Position numbers and translations under genes: made by a program. 48,491 bases of DNA from NCBI GenBank assembly GCA_032718475.1, contig JAUCBJ010003607.1:1-48491 (forward strand), written 5' to 3'. Shown here piece by piece: positions 19,960-32,060 of the stretch (position 1 is its first letter; every line of letters starts with the position of its first letter). A model generated the notes under the pieces. It was not told the origin of the DNA. It searched no databases and saw only the letters and a list, made by a program, of their open reading frames with translations. The stretch is from Nemertoderma westbladi. Taxonomy: Eukaryota > Animalia > Xenacoelomorpha.

Positions 19960-22728
19960 GAACGCGGATTCAATTTATTTACTAAGTTTTATTGGATCCG
20001 GGAAGGGGTGTAAAACGCAGTTAATTACTAAGTGTTACTGGATCAGTGTAAAACGCGGATTCAATTTATTTACTAAGTTTTATTGGATCCGGGAAGGGGT
20101 GTAAAACGCAGTTAATTACTAAGTGTTACTGGATCAGTGTAAAACGCGGATTCAATTTATTTACTAAGTGTTTCTGGATCCGGGAAGGGGTGTTAATTAA
20201 AGAAGTTAAGTAAGGGAAAATAAAAATGAACAGTTTACAAGTCGAATATAATTAAACATCAATAAACACAAACATACTTTTTTATAATAAACAAACACAC
20301 CAACACTCATATAATGTAGGAATGAATTACCTGTTGTAACAATAATTGCAGGCCAGACGTCCCAACACTTTAATAAATAATTCATTGCGAACGGCTTGCT
20401 GGTAATGTTGTGAATAAACAGTAAATCTAAACTCTAAATAATCAATTGTAATTAAACTTTAAACCAAAGCGATTTTAAATAAGAAACTTAGTTAAACGTA
20501 ACTTATAATAAATTGAGCTGCCGGGGAGGCAGCGCTTATTATATATTGGTGTTGGTGTCTGTAATACAAAGCGAACAAATGTCTGGCCATTGACCTTGTG
20601 TCTTTGTGTGAAGCCGCGCTACCCAATAATAAGACGGTATAACAATTATTGGTTGTACAAGCAAAGGCAATGTATACGTTAATGTATAATAATATGTTGC
20701 TTGGCGTGGGTGGCTGAGGCCTTGGCATTGGTTGGTTAGTTTCAAGGGTGATATGTTCTAGAATATTAAATTATTTGCCTTGAGTGAACCAAACCAACCA
20801 ACCACTCAATGCTGAAGCACAGCACATTGTATCCCGGCCGGGCGGCGGCCGTCTGGCGCCTCCTACAACACAATGCAAGTAGCTCAATATTGGTTTTAAA
20901 TTCTCTTGTAAATATTTTCCAACTCAATAAAAAATATTCACTTAAAATTTTTTTTTTTTTTTTTACACATCGTTGCAGTGTATATTCATTATCAAAATTA
21001 CTTGTTTAACAAATTAAGTATTATAGTCAAACAGGTATTAAGTTAATCCAATGCAGCTGCCTAAAGTTAGTTATTCTAATAATGCCCGAAACGGCGGTTA
21101 GACTATGTAGTACAGTAGAGTTTAATCTACCACCCGTCTATACGTGCCTCCGCCACCGCTGCGCTGATGGCGGTCTCCCCCAAGCTACGCGAGTTCAACT
21201 TTGCCCTTGAACTCCGTGCGCCCCTCAAGCACATTATTGATGCCCGTAGTAGGGCAAAACTAAGTATGTATATAACTATAGAGGGGTGGGGAGGTGTTAG
21301 CGGTGCCGCAATAATTAACTTGAATCCGCGTTTTACACCTCTTCCCAGATCCCGGATCCAATTAAACTTAGTAATTAACTTCAATCCGCGTTTTACACCC
21401 CTTCCCGGATCCAATAAAACTTAGTAATTAACTTGAATCCGCGTTTTACACCCCTTCCCGGATCCAGTAACACTTTGTAATTAACTTGAATCCGCGTTTT
21501 ACACCCCTTCCCGGATCCAGTAACACTTTGTAATTAACTTGAATCCGCATTTTACACCCCTTCCCGGATCCAATGAAACTTAGTAATTAACGTAAATCCG
21601 TGTTTTACACTCCATCCCGGATTCACAAAATATATGAATCCGCATTTTACACCCCTTCCCGGATCCAATGAAACTTTGTAATTAACTTGACTCCGCGTTT
21701 TACACCCCTTCCCGGATTCATAAAATATATGAATACGCGTTTACCAGTAACACTTTGTAATTAACATGAATCCGTGTTTTACACCCCTTCCCGGATCCAG
21801 TAACACTTTGTAATTAACATGAATCCGTGTTTTACACCCCTTCCCGGATCCAATAACACTTGGTAATTAAAATGAATCCGCTTTTCACACCCCTTCCCGG
21901 ATCCAGTAACACTTGGTAATTAACATGAATCCGTGTTTTACACCCCTTCCCGGATCCAGTAACACTTTGTAATTAACATGAATCCGTGTTTTACACCCCT
22001 TCCCGGATCCAATAACACTTGGTAATTAAAATGAATCCGCTTTTCACACCCCTTCCCGGATCCAGTAACACTTAGTAATTAACGTAAATCCGTGTTTTAC
22101 ACTCCATACCGGATTCACAAAATATATGAATCCGTGTTTTACACCCCTTCCCGGATCCAGTAACACTTTGTAATTAACATGAATCCGTGTTTTACACCCC
22201 TTCCCGGATCCAATGAAACTTAGTAATCAACTTGTATCCGCGTTTTACACCCCTTCCCGGATCTAGTAACCCTTGGTAATTAAAATGAATCCGCGTTTTA
22301 CACCCCTTCCCGGATCCAGTAACACTTGGTAATTAACATGAATCCGCGTTTTACACCACTTCCCGGATCCAATAAAACTTGGTAATTAACGTAAATCCGT
22401 GTTTTACACTCCATCCCGGGTTCACAAAATATATGAATCCGCTTTTCACACCCCTTCCCGGATCCAGTAACACTTGGTAATTAACATGAATCCGCGTTTT
22501 ACACCACTTCCCGGATCCAATAAAACTTGGTAATTAACGTAAATCCGTGTTTTACACTCCATCCCGGATTCACAAAATATATGAATCCGCGTTTTACACT
22601 GCAATACGGATTGCTTATTTCAGAATCCGCATATTACACTCAGTTACGGATTGTATATAAATCCGGATCCGCCTTTTACACTCGCAAATCCGGGTCCTGG
22701 ATCCGGATCCGCGTTTTACACCTACCCC
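19960..22728. mobile_element. Foldback-like non-autonomous element with inverted minisatellite arms
   Basis: Left arm 19960-20195 (91-bp period, GGATCCGGGAAGGGGTGTAAAACGC) is inverse to the right array. Right end ...GGATCCGCGTTTTACACCTACCCC. Left terminus missing. Confidence 0.6.
21312..22600. repeat. ~53-bp minisatellite (~25 units) GAATCCGYGTTTTACACCCCTTCCCGGATCCARTAACACTTDGTAATTAACWT
   Basis: Period measured 21435 to 21488 = 53 bp. A shorter variant (...GGATTCACAAAATATAT) recurs several times. Confidence 0.92.
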
Positions 22729-22846
22729 AAATGAAGTAGATTGAGATTTGCTGTAACTGTTTTAATTTTGCATTATTGTGTTTAATGTAACCAAGTAACA
22801 ATCAGCTATGATGTGTAATAATAAATAGTGATTCTTGCCTACTTAC

Positions 22847-23323
22847 TAGGGATGTGGCGAATGTCCGCATCCGCATCCGCATCCGCGGATATCCGCATGA
22901 TTTTTCGCATCGGCATTCGCATCCGCATCCGCACCCATGGCATGCGGTTGTGACATGCGGATGTTACATGCACTATTCAAGCATCCTGTCTGAAGGACCA
23001 GCAACCACTCAATTAAATTTTCAATAATAATTATTTTTTCCCATATGAAATTTTTTTTATTTTATCTTAAAATTATCAAAGTATAAAATATCAAAATTAT
23101 TTCTTACAACTTGTTTCTTAATATAATTATATATGAATGAATTATTTCTTAATAATATTAAAATGCTGGTATAACCTTGATGTAAAAGGGAGGCCAGGCA
23201 AAAATATATATGTTTTAATAGACATCCGCGTCCGCGTCCGCATCCGCATCCGTGCGGATGTCACCTCAGACATCCGCATCTGCATCCGCGGATGTTAAAA
23301 ATATGACATTCGCAACATCCCTA
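22847..23323. mobile_element. hAT-type MITE, 8-bp TSD CTACTTAC
   Basis: TAGGGATGTGGCGAATGTC...GACATTCGCAACATCCCTA with (ATCCGC)n subterminal repeats. TSD at 22839-22846 and 23324-23331. Confidence 0.92.
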
Positions 23324-24383
23324 CTACTTACATCAAGTAAACAAATAAAACACCAAAGAAAATAACAATATACTGAGTTCTAAAAACATTGTTACAAAAA
23401 CTGCGATATAAATACCTACAAAAAATTATGAAAATAATCACACAAAATATTGCAAATACAACCAATTGGAACATTTGCAACTTAAATGGAAACAATAAAG
23501 TGACATGAACAGGGTTGCATGCTACACGTAGAGCCCCCCCCCCCCCCCCCACACTATATCATGCTCTACATCAATATAGTTACCAATTTAGATAGGGTCG
23601 CTACTTTATTGTTACATCTGGGATGGTACAACAATATAGCTGCATATAGGAATACTAGAATGGCCATTGAGACATATTTATTTTTCATTTCAAAGGTTAA
23701 ACCGGTCTCGCCGGCACTGTGTTTTAATCAAGATAAGATAGTAAAACACTAAAATAAAGAACTGGGGTGAGCAGTTTGATGCCATCAATATCGCGGGGAA
23801 ATCTGATGGCAATCACTGAATCTCCTAACAGGCGGTATTTAAGGCAGGACAACCAACCAGATGACCAGCTAAGATATTCCGCACTTCTCTCCTAGTAGGT
23901 GTACTTACTCCCATGTAGAAGAGTCAACTCTCCTAGAATAAACTATAAAGTCATTGTGAATATATTATTTCAATATTAATAAAAAGACGAATACAATAAA
24001 ATATCACCTACAACTGCAACGCAAACTATATAATGACTGACTAACACAAATCTATATTACTTGTATTGCCTTTGTTTCGTCGATTACTTATTGTGGGCTC
24101 GTGAGCGCACAGATTGGCGCATAAAATTGCAATGTTGACACCTCAAAATAATGAGAGTTAAAAGACAACCAAACCACTAAATATCAAAGTAAAATAAACT
24201 TAACATCAAAAACAAAGCCAAAGCTAAATCAAAATTAAGAAATTAAAAAAAACAATACGATTCAAATATAATTAAACTTAGTTTTATTAAAATGTTCTCA
24301 AGTTTAGATAAAACGAAGGTACTACTAAGATTTTATAATAAAATGTATTGCGTTTATACGCGGTAGTACAGGAAACAGCGATG

Positions 24384-27086
24384 TCATTGGTAGAGAACAA
24401 CCAACTGTTTGGCCGACTTGGCGATATCGTAAGCGGACTGTATCACTTGTTGGGATATGGAGCCCGAATCCACATCCTCCTCGTCGCCCGTGGCCACCGC
24501 CTGGCAGTCCCGTTGCAAGGCAGACAGACTGGACCGCATTAGATGGAGTACCTTCCGAGTGCTTTCGGACCGCGGTCGCTCCGGAAACAAACTAATCATA
24601 TCCTGTACGGAGGCGGCGATCCGAGTTGCGCACGGGATGAACCGCTCGCAGCGGCCCTGCTGCGCCAAACGCAGCAGCTCCTGGATGTTCTTCGTTATTC
24701 GTTCGGTTTTCGGTATCATTTCGTCGAGGCCCGGCTTGTCTTCAAGAAGCGAAGGTCGCAGTCGGATTGCGCTGGTCAAGGAGGCGGAGCGCAGGGCGCG
24801 GGTCTCCACCGGGGGTATTGTGGTCAGTGTTGCTTGGTTACCAGATAGATTCGCTTGGTTACCAGATAGATTCGCTTGGTTACCAGATAGATTCGCTTGG
24901 TTACCAGATTCTAACCCGTTGTTGATAACAGTGGGATCCAATCGACTGCTGGTTCGTTTAGGGGAAACGCACCCTTCCCCACGCGGGATCCCCCCATCCC
25001 CACGCGGGATTCCCCCATCCCCTCTCGGGATTCCCCCATCCCCTCTCAGGATGCCCCCATCCCCACGTGGGATCCCCCCATCCCCACGTGGGATCCCCCC
25101 ATCCCCACGTGGGATCCCACCATCCCCACGTGGGATCCCCCCATCCCTCTCCTCCTCACACCGTTCTAACAACCGCCGGTTCCTCTCCCCCGATCCCTCC
25201 CGCGAGCTGTACCGTCTGTGGACCGCTCCGTCGGACTGCGTGGCCGACGGCGTTGACGGCAGGGTGGAGGCGCCGTCCACAGCGGCCTGGAGGATGCGGG
25301 AGGCCGCGTTGCTGATCCGCGGGATATCGTAGTCAACGTCCACTGAGGAGTGGCGGTAAACGGTAGGAGGTGTAGCACGCGAGGGGCCCTTGTATGCGGG
25401 CGAACCGGGGTACACAGTCGGCTGACGTTTCGGAATCGGCGGTGAACCATAGTTGTGGCTGAGGGGAGCCACAGACGCCACCGGCGCCTCGCTGCCACCC
25501 AATGGGGAATCGCGCCGTTGATGCACCCATGTGGCGTTGTGGCTGTAGGTTAGCGGCGCTGCGTAGGAAGAGCGCGTTGGGGAGATAGGGGATGTCGTCG
25601 ATTGAAGATCGTCTGAAGGATCGCGTCTGTGAGGGAGTGTCTGCGATTGCCTGTCCGAATGTCCGGCTTGTCCGGTTTGTGTGTAGGAGTTTCTCGGGTG
25701 TCCGGGTTGCGTCGAGTGTCCCGGCGCGGCTGCGGACAGCGGGGACAATAGGGCGGCTGTGGATGGGACGGCGCCGGCGCGAGGCAGCGTGTGGTACTGG
25801 TTGAGGAACGGCGGATCGGTCATCGGGGCGGTGGCGGGATGAACGGTCACCGGGTAACCGTAGAAACCCCAGCCGCCGGCGGCCGGTGTGGCGCCGTTGA
25901 TTGCGCCACCCACGGAAGGCGTCAGCGGATAGAATGGCGACTCTACAACAGAGTAAGGACGGGCCGTGGCCAAGGGAACTAGAACCTGTGTGTCGGGACA
26001 CCGAGGCGGTGTTAGTAGATGGTGCAGGTCCGCGTACTGCTTTATCTGGAGGTGCAACCTCGCGTTATCCGCCATTAGTTTCTCTACGACATTCCGCATC
26101 ACCTCCAACTCTTTACTGAGTTTCTCTTTGTCCATCTCGGCGAGCTGGTTATCTAAAGTGGCGCGAGCGGCAGCCGCTTCCACGGCGCGATCCAGACTCA
26201 CCTTCAGTTCCGCGCACTCCGAACGGGAGTCCGCAAGGGCGCGGTTCAGCTCGGCACATTCGGATCGGGCTTCCGCGAGCTCGTGGCCGTCGGACGGTTG
26301 TCCGTCCGTTGGTAATGTCGGTGTCGGCGCCGGGCGCCGCACAGGGGCAACGGCCGATGCTGGTTTATCAACGGCGACGGAGACAACGAGTGGTGGACGG
26401 TCGGGTTCGACGGAAGGAGTTGTCGAGGTTCTCCCGATAAACTCCTCGATTGTGTCGACAAACACGTCTCCCTCGCTACTTACGGTACCCCGGGTGCTTA
26501 CTCTTTCCTCCTCTGGTGTCGGTACCAATGGGGATGTCGCAATCGAACCACCAATCTCTTGTATCCCGCTGCCTTCATCCCGTATCTCGAGCCCTTCCCC
26601 TGTTGCACCGGGACTTTCCACTGTTGTAACGGGACTTTCCTCTGTTGTACCGGGACTTTCCCCTGTTGTCCCGGGAACTTCCACCTGTACTCCACAAGCT
26701 TCCCCCTCCACCTCACCTCCCTTCCCATCCCCGATATTATCCCCCTGCCTCCCGTCTACCGCCGCCCTCACCTCGCAATCTGATGCAACCTCGTCGTATA
26801 CCGGTTCCGTGTCGCTCACGCATCGCGTTAGATTGCCGCCGCTGATGGAGGCCGTCAAACGGACGGAGGCGCTGTGGACCGGCGGCGATATTCCCGCGCG
26901 GTGCTGAGCCTCTATGAGGATGTCGACGATGAGAGAGGCGAACTCTTTGGCGTTGAACCTGGCGAGTTTCTGTCGTCCTTGGTTACGAGTTGACGAGAAC
27001 TCGGGATTGATTGGCAGATGGGCGCAGGTGTTAGTCTGGGATACCAGGGAACTGTGATTCTGAGTTGCCAGCCAAATTGTTTCCAC
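24384..27086 (-). CDS. GIT: ARF GTPase-activating protein GIT, exon 2 (second SHD repeat, coiled coil, long low-complexity region, GIT1_C paxillin-binding domain)
   Basis: IWLATQNHS...LPINPEFSSTRNQGRQKLARFNAKEFASLIVDILIEAQHR and C-terminal KTERITKNIQELLRLAQ...QQVIQSAYDIAKSAKQLV are GIT1/GIT2 signatures. Acceptor TTTGTGCAG|GTG at 27087/27086. Confidence 0.92.
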   Translation of the reverse strand: METIWLATQNHSSLVSQTNTCAHLPINPEFSSTRNQGRQKLARFNAKEFASLIVDILIEAQHRAGISPPVHSASVRLTASISGGNLTRCVSDTEPVYDEVASDCEVRAAVDGRQGDNIGDGKGGEVEGEACGVQVEVPGTTGESPGTTEESPVTTVESPGATGEGLEIRDEGSGIQEIGGSIATSPLVPTPEEERVSTRGTVSSEGDVFVDTIEEFIGRTSTTPSVEPDRPPLVVSVAVDKPASAVAPVRRPAPTPTLPTDGQPSDGHELAEARSECAELNRALADSRSECAELKVSLDRAVEAAAARATLDNQLAEMDKEKLSKELEVMRNVVEKLMADNARLHLQIKQYADLHHLLTPPRCPDTQVLVPLATARPYSVVESPFYPLTPSVGGAINGATPAAGGWGFYGYPVTVHPATAPMTDPPFLNQYHTLPRAGAVPSTAALLSPLSAAAPGHSTQPGHPRNSYTQTGQAGHSDRQSQTLPHRRDPSDDLQSTTSPISPTRSSYAAPLTYSHNATWVHQRRDSPLGGSEAPVASVAPLSHNYGSPPIPKRQPTVYPGSPAYKGPSRATPPTVYRHSSVDVDYDIPRISNAASRILQAAVDGASTLPSTPSATQSDGAVHRRYSSREGSGERNRRLLERCEEERDGGIPRGDGGIPRGDGGIPRGDGGIPRGDGGILRGDGGIPRGDGGIPRGDGGIPRGEGCVSPKRTSSRLDPTVINNGLESGNQANLSGNQANLSGNQANLSGNQATLTTIPPVETRALRSASLTSAIRLRPSLLEDKPGLDEMIPKTERITKNIQELLRLAQQGRCERFIPCATRIAASVQDMISLFPERPRSESTRKVLHLMRSSLSALQRDCQAVATGDEEDVDSGSISQQVIQSAYDIAKSAKQLVVLYQ
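24830..24910 (-). repeat. Coding 21-bp tandem repeat (SGNQANL x3-4) in GIT
   Basis: TTCGCTTGGTTACCAGATAGA repeated on the + strand. Confidence 0.9.
24976..25146 (-). repeat. Coding 21-bp tandem repeat (GDGGIPR x8) in GIT
   Basis: CCCCACGYGGGATYCCCCCAT units, in frame. Confidence 0.92.
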
Positions 27087-27742
27087 CTGCACAAACGAAA
27101 CCGCGCAAAAAAATAAATTGAATTTTTTTTCATACAATATTGAATCACTTTTTCACTAACTTTAATGATTTTTACTAAATTATCAACACTAACATTAGTA
27201 TTAAAGTAGGCTATAATAGGTTATATTTATGTCACTCTGATTATTTCGATATCAAATTTGTTCACCCAGGATGGTACCTTCCAAATGATGTAAACACCCC
27301 ATTTTCAGTGAAATTTGCCTTAATTTTGAAAATAAGTTTTATAGGCAGCAGTTTTCATACGACCTCGCCTAAAAATCGTTTTACGGACTCTAATGAGTTT
27401 CAATGGGAAGCAACTTTAATGGATGGGGCATTTATCTTAGTCGTCTGAGACCGATATTAGGCTCATTTGAATCGCAATGGTCGATATAGTGGGGGTAGAT
27501 GTGGGCTTTGTAATCTATTTCCAAATATTTTAAAAACTGGTGCTAGTTGTTATATTATTGGAAAGCCGGATAAGCCGGATAACTGTAAGCAGGTAAGAGA
27601 TTTAAGCTGGAAGCGGAAGGCTTCATCCCATGTGACTTTATGAACTTTCAGACATCATAGAAGGCTGATTATATATAGGCCTAGGCTAGGCTCATTCAAA
27701 CAAGTATTTTACGGTATTTTGATCACTTACCAAATATTTTGG

Positions 27743-29088
27743 GACATTGGCTTCATCCGAGGAAAATCCATTATGGCTGCAATTAAACAACCGCCATATC
27801 TACGCCGTATTTGTGGATTTTATTAAGGCCTTCGACTCGATTAGCAGAGCTATTCTTCTATATAAACTATACAACGCCGGCATAAAGGGGAAACTATATG
27901 ATACTATCAAAGCCCTAACCTCAAACTCAGTCCGAATTTATGACGGCTTAACCATGTCGAACATTATTAAACAACTACGTGGAGTTTTACAGGGGGATTG
28001 CCTTATCTCCTACGTGCTTTATCCTATATATTGCCGACTTAGCCAATGCAATTCGCAGGGCGGTATCGTTAATTAAATTTATATTCTACGCGGACGACCT
28101 TGTCTTCTATTCGGAAAACCGTGATGATATCCAGACAGCCCTCAATGCGCTACACAGCTGGTGTACCGTCAACGGAATGGTTGTCAACCTTGTTAAGACT
28201 AAAGTTGTAAAATTTAGGAAAGGTGGCCGGCTCGCCCAGAATGATAATTTCACATACAACGGCAATCCAGTAATAATCTCTAGCGAATACGAATACCTCG
28301 GAATCACTTTACAACCATCTCTCAGCTTCACTGTACATGTAAACTCTAAACTCAAATCAGCTTACAGCATCATCGGATCCATCAACCACCTCCCACTTTT
28401 ATCCGTCGAAACTGGAATGCAAATATTTAATATGAAAATTGCTCCAATTGCTACTTATGCCATTGAACAGATCGGCCCATTCCTCAAACTGATACATCTA
28501 AAAAACCTCGATAAAATAAAGAACGCGCACGTCAAACGCATGTTAGGACTACATACCTCAGCCTCCTCCACTCTTGCACTACATCTAATCGAAACGGATA
28601 CATTCATCAATGACATAATTTCAAAATCTCCAACCGTATTCAATACCGACGTTTTAATTGCCTATCAGAACTTCCGTGATGAACGCGAAACAAACTATAC
28701 AGAGGAAAGATACTCCCTTGGTCCCGCGTTCGCCAACCGCACCTGGAGACGTCCAGGGCAGCGAAACCGGCACATACTAACCCGGTGCACCTCCCACGGG
28801 TTCCACCACAAACTCTGCAGTAACTCTCAACCGTTTCACGAACTTGCTGCTAGTTGTGAGTGTAGATTCTGTGGCGACTCCTGCGAAAACCGCTACCACG
28901 CTCTCGTGTGCCCACAGAGCCCCACACTACCGGTCCTTGCGACTCTGTAACCCCACCCCCCCCCCCCCCCCCCCCCGCCTACCCACGGCACACGTAAATA
29001 GTTTTTATATATATTTTAATTAATTTTTATGATGAGTTAAATTTTACATTTTACCATTTGCCCCGATTGGGGGCGTATCTATAATTAT
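27743..29088 (+). mobile_element. 5'-truncated non-LTR retrotransposon (RTE-X-like RT, frameshifted) in the GIT intron, flanked by a 49-bp direct repeat
   Basis: FVDFIKAFDS, RGVLQGDCL / (frameshift) SPTCFILYIADL, FYADD, KTKVVKFRKGGRL, YEYLGI, and a C-terminal Cys/His knuckle CRFC..ENRYHALVC. Direct repeat at 27694-27742 and 29089-29137. Confidence 0.85.
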
Positions 29089-29283
29089 ATTCAAACAAGT
29101 ATTTTACGGTATTCTGATCACTTACCAAATATTTTGGAAACTACATGAATTCATAATTTACTTTCAGTTTCAATTCACTTCAGTTCAATAACACATTCTG
29201 ACATAACATTTCCATAAAAATATAACTGCATGTAGTTTCTTTAAAATTGGGAATGTGGTCAAAATACCACCAGCTACACCCAC

Positions 29284-29316
<33 letters not shown>

Positions 29317-29856
29317 GGTGTGCTGAAACAAGGCTTCTATTTCAGTTTTCCCAAACTTTTTGAAAAAATTCACTGACTGAAGTTTATACCTTTAATTTCT
29401 ATCTTAATTATATTTCTTACTTCTTGAAAAAAAAAATAATCTTCTTTATATTTATATTTAGTGATTTGAGGAAATGTAATATAATTTTTTTTACACATTC
29501 ACGCTTATACAACATGTCCGGCATATATATATATCACATTCCCTGACTTTTCCCTTATTTGTCCAATTTTTACTAGAATTCCCCTGACATTTCAAGAAAA
29601 AATTAAGTTTCCTGACTATCTCAGGTTTTCCAGTTGAGTGGCAACCATGCGGAAGGCTCCCATTTCTAAAGTCCGAGTTCGCTCGACCTAGTAGGGCCCC
29701 TACATTATATACGTATATATTTACCAATATATATAAATATTTAAATATTTTTATATATTTTGATTTAATTCACATACCGGTATATATTTTAATTGAATCA
29801 TTACATATATATATATTAATAATATCGAGTATATATTTATTGAATAGTAACTAACC

Positions 29857-30744
29857 CTCCCGTCTATCTAGTTCGTCATAAACATCCATACAAAGAGACT
29901 CAAACAGAGAAATAGAAAGCCGTTGGAGTTTGGCGCGAGCGAGTTGCCCAGTTTCTGTGCAGTCGATGGCTGCCGGCCGGGGGCTGATGTAATGCTCAGC
30001 CTTACCGTGGTCCGGCCAACGGCCACAGATGTAGTAGGAGAGTCTGTCCGGCAACTCGTACTGCAGTTCTACCAAACGGTTGGCGAGTTGCGTGTGTCCG
30101 GCCTGTCGCGCGTACTCTTCGGGGGTTATCCCGTTCACGTCGAGACAGCTCGGGTTGGCGCCGTACACGCACAGCAGTTCGGCCTGCGCCATCTGTCCGG
30201 CCTTGGCGGCGACGTGCAGCGGGAAGTTTCCCCTTTGCGGGACGTAACAATCGGGCTGCGCGCCGGCGGCTAGCAGCGCGAGCGTGCGATCGACGTGCGA
30301 CGAACCCACCGTGTTGTACAGCTGTCTCGAGCCATCCTGGGAAGAGCCGCTAATCGACTCATCCCGCCCCAAGGAAAGAGTTCGGCTCCTCAGTGTCAAA
30401 TCAACGTATTTTGTCTTGATATATTCGTGTTTATTCTTTCTCAACGAATCCACTGGTTTCTTTATTCGAGAGTTGCGCCCATCGCTTGTCATCGCGTGAT
30501 CCCATATCGAATTGGCGCTGCTACTAACCAGCGCATTGAGTAGATTACTAAGCGACGCTGGCCAATACGAGTGATGCAATGATTTAATTTGGGATATGTG
30601 ACGGCCAAAGCTACGGTGTATACTGCAACACTCGTCGCATAGAACAACCCCGCGGTTTACGGAGGCCCAGGCAGGATGTGAAGCGTTACAATCGCCACAT
30701 AACGCCTTAAGAATAGACGGAGATAACAGAAATGACTGTCCCAT
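29857..30744 (-). CDS. GIT: ARF GTPase-activating protein GIT, exon 1 (ArfGAP zinc finger, ankyrin repeats, first SHD repeat)
   Basis: CGDC-x16-CDECCSIHR ArfGAP motif; GNFPLHVAAKAGQMAQAELLCVYGANP ankyrin; LVELQYELPDRLSYYICGRWPDH; KLQRLS..LFESLCMDVYDELDRRE. Confidence 0.93.
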
Positions 30745-31318
30745 ATCGATGTCATATAAAGAATAAATGCATTACCGGTAAGTCAGTAAGTAATAATTAG
30801 CACTAGGCTAAATCAGTACCGGTACCAGTAGGCCTATATCTGTTATCTGTAGGTATATTACTGTATTATCAGATTATTGGCCCTACACAGCTACAGACAG
30901 CAACAGCCCTAGGCATAACAGCATAAATAATATTAAAACTGGTAGGCCCTGCGCCTGCCCTACCCAATGGAAATAAATAGGCCTATATAGCCTCGTGCGC
31001 TAAATAGGCTACTGAATTACGCTGAATTCCTTACATTTTTAGGGTTGACGACTTTAACCCAACACGATGCCCCCACAATTGCTGATGAATTCAACAAATA
31101 CTACACAACCATTGCCAAGGAGCTAGTAGCAAGTAGACCAGCTACCCCCAGCAGACAAAACCTATCGGACGCAAGTAGAACATTTCTACACCCTAAGACA
31201 GTAAGAGGAATCAAAGCCAATGCTTTTTCTCTATCCCCAATAGACCAAGAAACCATAACAGGTATTCTAAACGACTTAGACACATGTAAAAGCTGTGGCC
31301 CGGACAACATACCACCCA

Positions 31319-32060
31319 TTAAGTCAACCATACCACCCGTTTAAGATACTGTAGATTAAATACATTAACTATTTTCAAGTCTGAATGATTGGTGCTTATT
31401 TTATTAATCTATATTTATTTTAATTGAACTTACTTCTAGTTTTGGTGTTCCATATTCGCCTGTTTCACTCTTTTTTTTTCTCTATCGCGCCAATTTTTAA
31501 GTCTAAATAATTAATTTTAATTCATGTGTTGTCCTTTTAACACTAATTTTAATTCACTTTTTTATATTGTACACATTCTTAAATAATTTATTTTAATTTA
31601 TAAATAAATTTATGTAATTCCTACTTACACCTTATGTAATTCCTGATTATACCCTCAAAATGTTGTGATTTTATTTACTGCACATACAGGACTTCCCACT
31701 ATGTTTAATAACCGATTGTTCTTAATCTAATATTTACTAGCTAGTTGTAATACCATTCGGATATTTTATCTAATCAATTTGTTATTTTTAGTAATTTACA
31801 CGCTGCCCTCACTTTAATGCTGTGATTTTTAAAGAGACCTCCATGGAAACGAGGTTTATCCTCATGGAGCTATCCTAACATTGTATGTCTACAAGATATT
31901 CTATATTTTATTTATGAACTATGCACTATTTCTTTTATTAAATTAAAATATTATAGTCGATTCCAAATTATGCCGGTTATTAGTGTATTATGTTATGTTT
32001 TATGTCTTACATTTTATATGGCTTATGTACAATGTTAATAAAAAACTTCAACTTCAACTT
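31319..32060 (+). mobile_element. Probable LINE 3'-UTR insertion with (CAACTT)n tail
   Basis: Interrupts the CR1/L2 frame. GACCTCCATGGAAACGAG...CTCATGGAGCTATCC and the CTTCAACTTCAACTT tail recur at 41762-41930. Confidence 0.6.

Noticed and set aside
24457-26907. Long plus-strand ORFs (291 and 313 aa) and alternative-frame ORFs
   Set aside because: Antisense shadows of the GC-rich GIT exon; no independent motifs.
27087-27137. ORF-track N-terminus MYEKKFNLFFCAVSFVQ
   Set aside because: Intronic polypyrimidine tract and acceptor; GIT homology starts at VETIWLATQ.
28957-29315. Long poly-C/poly-G runs (also 23533-23550, 35799-35821, 45825-45876)
   Set aside because: Homopolymers of uncertain length; G-quadruplex function cannot be argued from sequence alone.
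29650-29694. Tiny RTE 3' tail (GTCCGAGTTCGCTCGACCTAGTAG) in the GIT intron
   Set aside because: Real match to 2148-2171 but too short to annotate as an element.
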